From: Brachymonas sp.
GTDB taxonomy: Bacteria; Pseudomonadota; Gammaproteobacteria; Burkholderiales; Burkholderiaceae_C
Direction: 5' to 3'
Assembly: GCA_012036375.1 (NCBI GenBank)
Contig: JAAUOI010000001.1
Coordinates: 1 to 39,719 of the forward strand
Length of the DNA: 39,719 nucleotides
Shown here piece by piece: positions 29,426 through 37,191 of the stretch. A program made the position numbers and the translations under genes. The notes beneath the pieces are model-generated. The model searched no databases. It was not told the origin of the DNA and worked only from the letters and a program-made list of their open reading frames with translations. The stretch's first letter is position 1. The number at the start of each line of letters is the position of its first letter.

Positions 29426-29656
29426 TCAATACCAGGACACTCATCATAAGTCGGCTTGGCGATGTGCGTATCCCGCATTCAGGGGAGAACTTGTAAAGAT
29501 GTGGAAAAGAACACAGTTTCTTGTTGCCAAAATGCTGCGCCAGCGAGGCATGTTAGGTGAATTCACGTATCCAAGGCATCGAACAACGAAATCAAGTAAG
29601 CTATAAATTGTCATTTATTCGGCTTTGTGAAGTCAATTCAATCGAAAGTTACGCTC

Positions 29657-30850
29657 ATGCAAGACCCCATCGTCATCGTCTCCGCCGCCCGCACGCCCAT
29701 GGGCGCTTTTCAGGGCGATTTCGCATCGCTGGCTGCACATGATTTAGGTGGCGCGGCGATCAAAGCGGCTGTGGAGCGCGCTGGCCAAAACTCAAAATTT
29801 ACGCCCGATGTGGTCAATGAAGTCTTGTTTGGCAATTGCCTGATGGCAGGGCAAGGCCAAGCGCCGGCGCGGCAAGCGGCGTTCAAAGGTGGTTTACCCA
29901 AAGGCGCAGGCGCTGTCACGCTTTCCAAAATGTGCGGCTCAGGCATGCGAGCAGCCATGTTTGCTCACGATATGCTGGCTGTAGGCTCGGTGGATGTGAT
30001 AGTGGCTGGCGGCATGGAGAGCATGACGAATGCACCACATCTTTTGCTCAAAGGCAGAAGCGGCATCCGCATTGGGCATGATCGTGTGTATGACCACATG
30101 ATGCTCGATGGCTTGGAAGATGCTTATGAGCCTGGCCGCGCCATGGGCACGTTTGGCGAAGAGTGTGCCGACAAATACAAATTCACCCGTGAAGCGCAAG
30201 ATACATTCGCCATCGAAAGCGTCAAGCGTGCGCAAGCCGCTACGAATTCAGGAGCATTCGCCGCAGAAATTACGCCGGTCACAGTCAAAAATCGCTCCGG
30301 AGAAGTGCAAATCAGCGTCGATGAAGGCCCGCTCAAAGCCAAGCTCGACAAGATTGCCACGCTCAAGCCCGCCTTCAAGAAAGATGGCACGATCACCGCA
30401 GCATCCAGCTCCTCCATCAACGATGGCGCAGCCGCTTTGGTGATGATGCGGGAGAGTACGGCTGCCAAGCTCGGCTGCAAGCCCTTGGCAAAAATCGTGA
30501 GCCACGCGATGCATGCGCAAGAACCCAATTGGTTCACCACCGCGCCTGTGGGCGCAACGCAAAAAGCCTTGGCCAAAGCCGGCTGGAGCGTGAGCGATGT
30601 GCAGCTTTGGGAAGTCAACGAAGCCTTCGCCGTCGTGCCGATGGCGCTGATGGCCGAGCTCAAAGTCGATCACAGCATCGTCAACGTCAATGGCGGTGCA
30701 TGTGCGCTCGGCCATCCGATCGGCGCAAGTGGTGCAAGGATCATGGTTACGCTCATACACGCCTTGAAAGCACGAGGCCTAAAAAATGGTGTGGCGACAC
30801 TATGCATCGGCGGTGGTGAGGGAACGGCGGTTTGCTTGGAAATGGTTTAA
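29657..30850 (+). CDS. Acetyl-CoA C-acyltransferase (thiolase)
   Basis: ARTPMG, KMCGSG, AGGMESM, EVNEAFA, GHPIGASG, CIGGGEG. Confidence 0.97.
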   Translation: MQDPIVIVSAARTPMGAFQGDFASLAAHDLGGAAIKAAVERAGQNSKFTPDVVNEVLFGNCLMAGQGQAPARQAAFKGGLPKGAGAVTLSKMCGSGMRAAMFAHDMLAVGSVDVIVAGGMESMTNAPHLLLKGRSGIRIGHDRVYDHMMLDGLEDAYEPGRAMGTFGEECADKYKFTREAQDTFAIESVKRAQAATNSGAFAAEITPVTVKNRSGEVQISVDEGPLKAKLDKIATLKPAFKKDGTITAASSSSINDGAAALVMMRESTAAKLGCKPLAKIVSHAMHAQEPNWFTTAPVGATQKALAKAGWSVSDVQLWEVNEAFAVVPMALMAELKVDHSIVNVNGGACALGHPIGASGARIMVTLIHALKARGLKNGVATLCIGGGEGTAVCLEMV

Positions 30851-30857
30851 TCCATCT

Positions 30858-31731
30858 ATGACCAAACAACAGCCACTTGCAGAAGTCTTTGGATACCCGC
30901 TAGCTGATCAAAGCATTAGGGCTGTAGCGGCTCGTAAAAATCGACTGTGCCCATTCAACAACAAAGTCCCTAATTGCACCAAAGATAAGGCAAAGAATCC
31001 GCTGGGCGTTTGTAGTGTGTACCACGACAACGCGCCAGTGATCACATGCCCGATTCGCTTCAGGGAGGATTGGCAGATAACCGCTGATGCTGCTATTTTT
31101 TTCTTTGGCGCAGATGTAGCTTGGAGTTCGTTGACGGAAATCAGGCTAAATGATGCCTATGGCAAGTCGGCGGGCAACATTGATGTCGTGCTGGTTGCTT
31201 ATGACGACAAGGATCGCGTGATCGACTTCGGCGCGCTTGAGATTCAAGCTGTTTACATTTCAGGAAATGTGAGAGAGCCCTTCGAGCAATTCATGCTCAA
31301 CCCAAAGAAAAATTCTGAGATGGATTGGTCAAAAGAAGCCAATTACCCGCGCCCAGATTATTTGTCGTCCTCCAGAAAACGACTTGCCCCGCAATTGCTT
31401 TTTAAAGGTGGAATCTTTAAATCTTGGGGCAAGAAGTCTGCGGTTGCTCTCAACAGTTCCTTCTTCAACACTTTCGCCCGCGCTCAAGCGCGTGAAGGCA
31501 GAGCAAGCAGATATTGCATGGTTGATTTATGACTTGATCCTCAATCAAGCGACGGGCAGATATGAGTTGACCAAGGTGGACGAGGTATTCACGTTGTTCG
31601 ACGAAGCTCTACGCCAGATCACAACAACACAGGCCGGTTCCATCGAAAATTTCAAACAGCTTTTACAAAGCAAATTGGATGAGCAGCTCGAATCCGCGCC
31701 AATTACCCGCAGTTTGGATTCGCCGTTTTAA
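30858..31731 (+). CDS. NotI-family restriction endonuclease (frameshift near 31475)
   Basis: EVFG; Cys4 pattern CPF..C.K...GVCS...CPIRF; GNIDVVL...ALEIQAVYISG PD-(E)xQ core; RPDYLSSSRKRLAPQL..KG. Continues in ORF 31384..31731; lower GC than the flanks. Confidence 0.82.
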
Positions 31732-31733
31732 AG

Positions 31734-32622
31734 ATGCAGCAAGACTTTTTTGAAATTTCCAACGCAGACACCCTGCGTTCGCTTAAAACAGTGAACGTGG
31801 CATCTGTGCCTCAGCGCAGTCCGTTTCGTTATCCCGGTGGTAAAAACTTGGTTTGTTCCTGTATTTCGCCGATGGATGCAAAGCCTGAGCAGTAAACCCA
31901 AGCTCTTGATCGAACCCTTCGCTGGCGGAGCAACCATTGCACTGACTGCTGTTTGCGAAAACTGGGTGGATCATGCCTTGATCATTGAACTTGACCCCGA
32001 TGTTGCTGCCGTTTGGCAAGTGGTTGAGGCGGGTGATGCTCTTGCCCTAGCAGATTGCATCTTGACGTTTGATTTAACTTATGACAACGTGCAATCAGAG
32101 CTAGCCAAAGAGGCGAAAACAACGCTTGAGCGTGCATTCAGAACAATTTTGAAGAATCGTACATTTCATGGCGGTATCTTAGCGCCAGGTTCGGGACTGA
32201 TCAAAGCTGGCGAAGCAGGCAAAGGTTTAGCTTCGCGTTGGTATCCAGAAACTCTGGCAAAGAGGTTCACTGCTTTACATCAGGTGCGTCATCGCTTGAC
32301 CATCGAATGTCGTGATTGCATGCCAGTTTTAGAGCGTTACAAAGACGACGCACAAGCAGTGTTTTTTGTTGATCCGCCTTACACAGCAGGCGGCAAAAGC
32401 GCAGGTAAACGCTTATACGCATATTTTGAATTGAATCACAATAATTTGTTTGAGGCTTGCTCACAATTGACTGGTGATTTTCTGATGACATACGACGATG
32501 CCGATGAGGTACATGATTTTGTACATCAGTATTCCTTGATGAGCAAGCTAGTGCCTATGAAAAACACGCATCACGCACCGATGACTGAGTTGGTGATAGG
32601 CCGAGATTTGACTTGGCTGTGA
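31734..32622 (+). CDS. D12-class (Dam-like) N6-adenine DNA methyltransferase (extra A at about 31845)
   Basis: ATG 31734; NVASVPQRSPFRYPGGKTW, IEPFAGG (motif I), FVDPPY (motif IV), LMTYD. Confidence 0.9.
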
Positions 32623-32640
32623 ACTAGATAGGTTGTTCGC

Positions 32641-33306
32641 ATGAATATCCTCATCATCGGCGCATCCCGTGGCATCGGCCTCGAATTCGCGCGCCAATAC
32701 ACTCAATCAGGCCATCGAGTGATTGCCACGGTTCGTAGTGATGAAGGCTTGCAGAAGATCACTGCTCTCGGTGCGAAAGCGCTCAAGCTCGATGTCGCCA
32801 AACCAGAAAGCGTGAGCAGTCTTGCTTGGCAGCTCGATGGTGAGAAGATTGATATTGCGATCTATGTTGCAGGCATCTTCGGCCCGCGTCTCGCGCCGCT
32901 TGCCCCGCCAACGCAAGACGATTTCGATGCTGTGATGCGCGCCAATGTGCTCGGTGCAATGCAGGTGATTCCGCAGTTGGTGGATGTGCTTGCGTTAGAG
33001 GCCAAGCTCGCTGTAATTTCATCGCGCATGGGCTCGATCGGCTTGCGCGAGAGTGCGGGGGCATCGCTGTATCGTGCGTCCAAGGCCGCGCTCAATTCAG
33101 TGCTCAAAGATACATCGCTCGCTATGCAAGGCAAAGCCATATGCGTGAGCTTTCATCCCGGCTGGGTGCGCACCGAAATGGGTGGCGAAGGTGCAGATAT
33201 TTCAGTGGAAGAATCTGTTCGCGGCATGCGGCAAGTGATGGATCAACTGCAATCCAAAGACAACGGCAGCTTCATCAATTACGATGGCCAGCGCTTGGTT
33301 TGGTAA
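32641..33306 (+). CDS. Short-chain dehydrogenase/reductase (CsgA-like)
   Basis: IIGASRGIG, ISSRMGSI, YRASKAALN, HPGWVRTEMGG. Confidence 0.93.
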   Translation: MNILIIGASRGIGLEFARQYTQSGHRVIATVRSDEGLQKITALGAKALKLDVAKPESVSSLAWQLDGEKIDIAIYVAGIFGPRLAPLAPPTQDDFDAVMRANVLGAMQVIPQLVDVLALEAKLAVISSRMGSIGLRESAGASLYRASKAALNSVLKDTSLAMQGKAICVSFHPGWVRTEMGGEGADISVEESVRGMRQVMDQLQSKDNGSFINYDGQRLVW

Positions 33307-33335
33307 TCACAATATTTTCAAAGAGCAGTGTTCCC

Positions 33336-34466
33336 ATGATCCTTTCCGAAGACCACATCGCCGTTCAAGATGCCGTTCGCGCTTATGTGCAAACTGAAAT
33401 CGCGCCCCATTCCGCTGCGTGGGACAAATCACACCATTTCCCCAAAGCGCAATTGCGCGGCTTGGCGGATTTAGGCTGCTACGGCGTGGCTGTGCCTGAA
33501 GCGTACGGCGGCGCGGGCTTGGATTATTTGAGTCTTGCCTTGATCTTGGAAGAGATTGCGGCAGGTGATGGCGCAACGTCAACCATTGTGAGTGTCACCA
33601 ATTGCCCCGTTAACTCCATCTTCATGGCCTGGGCCAATGAAGCGCAGAAGCAAAAGTATTTGAAGCCACTCGCTCGCGGCGATATGCTCGGCGCTTTTTG
33701 CCTCACCGAGCCGCATGTGGGCTCGCAAGCCGATGGCCTCAAGACGACAGCTGTGCGCAACGGCGATCATTACCTGATCAACGGCGTGAAGCAATTCATC
33801 ACGAGTGGCAAGAACGGCGATGTGGCTATCGTCATGGCTGTCACGGATAAAGCTGCTGGCAAAAAAGGCATCAGCGCCTTCATCGTCGAGACCAACGCAC
33901 CGGGCTATGAAGTCGCGCGGCTAGAAGACAAACTCGGCCAACACGCCAGCGACACCGCGCAAATTCGCTTTGAGAATTGCCGCGTGCCCGCAGAGAATTT
34001 AATCGGCGAAGAAGGCCAAGGCCTCAAGATTGCATTGAGTGGCTTAGAAGGCGGCCGCATCGGCATAGCCGCGCAATCACTAGGCATGGCGCGTGCCGCA
34101 TTCGAGGCCGCGCTCACCTACAGCAAACAACGCGAGAGCTTCGGCCAGCCGATTTTTCAGCACCAAGCGGTGCAATTCAAGCTCGCGGATATGGCCACCC
34201 AAATCGAAGCAGCTCGTGCCTTGATTCATCACGCTGCAGCTCTCAAAGATACAGGCAAACCCTGCCTAAAAGAAGCCGCGATGGCCAAGCTCTTTGCCAG
34301 CGAGATGGCCGAAAAAGTCTGCTCCGATGCCATCCAAGTGCATGGTGGCTATGGTTACGTCAGCGATTTCCCCGTCGAGCGGATTTACCGCGATGTGCGC
34401 GTTTGCCAAATTTATGAAGGCACGAGTGACGTGCAGAAGATTTTGATTGGCCGCGCGTTGGCTTGA
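33336..34466 (+). CDS. Acyl-CoA dehydrogenase
   Basis: [49 protein letters not shown]. Confidence 0.96.
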   Translation: MILSEDHIAVQDAVRAYVQTEIAPHSAAWDKSHHFPKAQLRGLADLGCYGVAVPEAYGGAGLDYLSLALILEEIAAGDGATSTIVSVTNCPVNSIFMAWANEAQKQKYLKPLARGDMLGAFCLTEPHVGSQADGLKTTAVRNGDHYLINGVKQFITSGKNGDVAIVMAVTDKAAGKKGISAFIVETNAPGYEVARLEDKLGQHASDTAQIRFENCRVPAENLIGEEGQGLKIALSGLEGGRIGIAAQSLGMARAAFEAALTYSKQRESFGQPIFQHQAVQFKLADMATQIEAARALIHHAAALKDTGKPCLKEAAMAKLFASEMAEKVCSDAIQVHGGYGYVSDFPVERIYRDVRVCQIYEGTSDVQKILIGRALA

Positions 34467-34562
34467 GGTGGCAGCGTTTCGCGGCGCTTAGATGGCGTTT
34501 CATCGCATCGCCTTGGCATATGTGGCAAGCTTCGGTGACACTTGTGTCATTAGGAGTCCGTC

Positions 34563-35012
34563 ATGTCGCTTGATTTCATATTGGCCAGTGGCCATCACAT
34601 TGCACTGTTCTTAATGATCGCCGTGCTCGGCGGTGAAGCCTTGCTGCTGCGGCATGCGCCTAGCGCGGAGGTGTTGAAATCGCTGGGACGTTTGGATGCG
34701 CTCTATGGTTTGAGTGCGGTGGCTTTGCTGCTGATAGGCAGTGCGCGCCTGAGTTTGGGCGCGAAAGGGATTGAGTTTTATAGCAGCAACCCGGTGTTTT
34801 GGCTCAAGATCGCGCTTTTTGCAGTGATCGGGCTGATCTCCATCTGGCCGACCATGCGCTTTATTCGTTGGCGCAAAGCCTTTGCAGCGACTGGCGCATT
34901 GCCTGATGCAGTAGCGTGGGTGAGTACGCGCAAATTGGCGATGGCGCAACTTCATCTTCTGCCATTCGTGGCGATTTGCGCTGCGGCGATGGCGCGAGGC
35001 TTGGGGCATTGA
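34563..35012 (+). CDS. DUF2214 family membrane protein
   Basis: D.LYG.SA, KG.EFYSSNPVFWLKI, SIWPTMRFIRWR, AAAMARGLG; AGGAG RBS. Confidence 0.85.
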   Translation: MSLDFILASGHHIALFLMIAVLGGEALLLRHAPSAEVLKSLGRLDALYGLSAVALLLIGSARLSLGAKGIEFYSSNPVFWLKIALFAVIGLISIWPTMRFIRWRKAFAATGALPDAVAWVSTRKLAMAQLHLLPFVAICAAAMARGLGH

Positions 35013-35056
35013 CGTAGCTGCATTCAAGTGCTGCTGATTTCTTGCATACTAGAGGC

Positions 35057-36175
35057 ATGCAAAACACTTCTTCTCAAAAAATTTCCCCTGAAAAACGTGC
35101 GCTTGGCCAATCTGGCTTAAAGGTGCATCCGATTTGCCTCGGCACAATGACTTTTGGTGAGCAGGTCAATGAAAAAGACTCTCATGCCATTCTGGCGCAC
35201 AGCTTGGAGCGTGGCGTGGATTTCATGGACACGGCGGAGATGTATCCCGTGCCGCCCACGGCTGAAAAATACACGGTGACTGAGACCATCATTGGTAATT
35301 ATTTCAAGGCCAATCCAGGTGCACGCAGCAAGTGGACAGTGGCCACCAAGGTGGCCGGGCCAGCGCGGGGCATGGATTGGGTGCGTGGTGGGAGTTTGGA
35401 TGTGTCGCCTGCGGCTATCCAAGAAGCATGCGAGTGCAGCCTGCGCCGCTTGCAAACCGATGTGATTGATCTGTATCAAATCCATTGGCCGGTGAGGCAT
35501 GTGCCGGCGTTTGGTATTCCGTATTTTGTGCCAGAGCTGGACAAAGAGCGCGCCAGCAGCACGCCGATTCATGGGCAGTTAGAGGCGCTCTCCAAACTGG
35601 TCAAGCAAGGCAAGGTACGGACGATTGGCTTGTCGAATGAGTCGCCGTATGGCGTGATGGAATTTGTGCGGCTGGCGCAGCAGCATGGCCTAGAGCGTAT
35701 CGTGAGCGTGCAAAACCCGTATTGCCTGACCAACCGCATCGTAGACAACGGCTTGGATGAGGTGATGTATCGCACGAACGTGAGCTTGCTGGCTTATTCG
35801 CCGCTAGGCTTTGGCGTGCTCACGGGCAAATACGATGCGATGGCGAGCTTGACAGATGCCAACGCATCCGCAGAGGCGAAAGCGGGGCGCATGGCGATTT
35901 ATGAACGCTTTCAGCAGCAGCGCTGGGGTCGTCCAGAGCATTTGGCCGCAGCGCGGCGCTACAACGCGCTGGCTCAAGCGCATGGAATGACACCCACTCA
36001 GCTCGCTTTAGCTTTTTGCTACCAAAATTGGCGTGTCGCCAGCACGATCATTGGCGTGACATCGCTCCAACAACTCGACGAATGCTTGGATGCGTGGCAT
36101 ACGCCCCCACTGTCCCAAGAGCTGCTTGCCCAGATCGATAGCATTCGCTGGGAAATCCGTGATCCGGCGCTATGA
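35057..36175 (+). CDS. tas: Aldo/keto reductase (Tas-like)
   Basis: ICLGTMTFGEQ, DTAEMYPVPP, SLRRLQTDVIDLYQIHWP.R, IGLSNE, LAYSPL. Confidence 0.9.
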   Translation: MQNTSSQKISPEKRALGQSGLKVHPICLGTMTFGEQVNEKDSHAILAHSLERGVDFMDTAEMYPVPPTAEKYTVTETIIGNYFKANPGARSKWTVATKVAGPARGMDWVRGGSLDVSPAAIQEACECSLRRLQTDVIDLYQIHWPVRHVPAFGIPYFVPELDKERASSTPIHGQLEALSKLVKQGKVRTIGLSNESPYGVMEFVRLAQQHGLERIVSVQNPYCLTNRIVDNGLDEVMYRTNVSLLAYSPLGFGVLTGKYDAMASLTDANASAEAKAGRMAIYERFQQQRWGRPEHLAAARRYNALAQAHGMTPTQLALAFCYQNWRVASTIIGVTSLQQLDECLDAWHTPPLSQELLAQIDSIRWEIRDPAL

Positions 36176-36200
36176 AAATCGACGTATAATTGGAGGCTTC

Positions 36201-36275
36201 GGGCGATTAGCTCAGCGGTAGAGCACTGCATTCACACTGCAGGGGTCACATGTTCGATCCATGTATCGCCCACCA
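36201..36275 (+). tRNA. tRNA-Val (anticodon CAC)
   Basis: GGGCGAT/ATCGCCC acceptor stem + ACCA; D-arm GCTC..GAGC; anticodon arm CTGCA-TTCACAC-TGCAG; T-arm ACATG-TTCGATC-CATGT; TATAAT at 36185-36190. Confidence 0.97.
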
Positions 36276-36294
36276 GATTTTTCTGAACCCGAAT

Positions 36295-36326
36295 AAGCCT
36301 TGTGTTGAAAGACGCAAGGCTTTTTT
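36295..36326 (+). terminator. Intrinsic terminator after tRNA-Val
   Basis: AAGCCTTGTGTT-GAAA-GACGCAAGGCTT followed by TTTT. Confidence 0.85.
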
Positions 36327-36341
36327 CATGCGTGCGGAGAT

Positions 36342-36851
36342 TCAGACAGGCTTCGCGGGAGCCGGCAAGATGAGCTGCGCTTCTTGCACCACACGCAGAC
36401 AATCTTTGATGTGCTGCTCGCCGAGCCAGCGCACAGCGGTGTAGTTCAAACCTGCGGAGAGCAGGGTGCCGGCGATTGGGACGAATTTGGCAGCTTGAGC
36501 GGCTGTGAGGCGCATACCGACTGCTTTGGCTGTGACGATGATCAATTCTTTGGTGAGGAATTTGCCGACCAGCGTGCCGCCGATCAGACTGATAGCGATT
36601 TGTACGCGCTCACGTTGTTTGGGCGAAAGTTGCGCGATTTGTGTGGGCAGGAGGCCAAATTCTTCGCTGATTTGTGGCAGGAGCTTGGAGAGCAAAGCAG
36701 CATCGACTGCCCAATCCAAGCCCGGCACAGGCACTGCGCCCGCAGCGGCAGCTACGAGCGCACGGCGCGAGAGTAGCTTGCGAGCCCGCTCGCGCGCGAG
36801 GGTCTGCGCGGGCGTGAGATCAACCGAAGATTTATGTGGCACTGCCGCCAT
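36342..36851 (-). CDS. Hypothetical protein (DUF697-like)
   Basis: AAAGAVPVPGLD.AVD, AAKFVPIAG; translationally coupled to the upstream gene. Confidence 0.75.
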   Translation of the reverse strand: MAAVPHKSSVDLTPAQTLARERARKLLSRRALVAAAAGAVPVPGLDWAVDAALLSKLLPQISEEFGLLPTQIAQLSPKQRERVQIAISLIGGTLVGKFLTKELIIVTAKAVGMRLTAAQAAKFVPIAGTLLSAGLNYTAVRWLGEQHIKDCLRVVQEAQLILPAPAKPV

Positions 36852-37113
36852 CTGAACCGCCGCCAGACTTCTTGGTGACCAAGCCGTAGATCACGAGCAA
36901 GATGATCGCGCCGACCACGGAGGCAATGAAACCAGCAGCATCACCTTGCTTGTACAAGCCGAGAGCAGCGCCTGCATAGGTGGCGATGAATGAGCCGGCG
37001 ATACCGAGCACGGCGGTCATGATCAGGCCGAGTTTGTCATCGCCGGGTTTGAGGGCGCGGGCAATCAAGCCGACGCTGAAGCCAATAACGATGGTTCCGA
37101 TGATGCTCATCAT
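36832..37113 (-). CDS. GlsB/YeaQ/YmgE (transglycosylase-associated) membrane protein
   Basis: IVIGFSVGLIARALKPG...LGIAGS...FIASVVGAIILLVIY; AGGAGA RBS. Confidence 0.9.
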   Translation of the reverse strand: MMSIIGTIVIGFSVGLIARALKPGDDKLGLIMTAVLGIAGSFIATYAGAALGLYKQGDAAGFIASVVGAIILLVIYGLVTKKSGGGSDGGSAT

Positions 37114-37191
37114 GATGATTTCTCCTGTTGTGATGCGTGTGCCCGAATCGGGCATGCATCACTTTACACCAAGGATGCCTCACTGCGAGCT

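Noticed and set aside
29590-33330. Possible further element copies at about 29598 (AAGCTATAAATTG) and about 33311 (AATATTTTCAAAGAGCA)
   Set aside because: Only a half-site resemblance; the TG-CG core and the arm are missing.
36201-36330. tRNA-Val as an integration site for an island
   Set aside because: The terminator follows directly; I found no duplicated tRNA 3' end and no integrase in the window.
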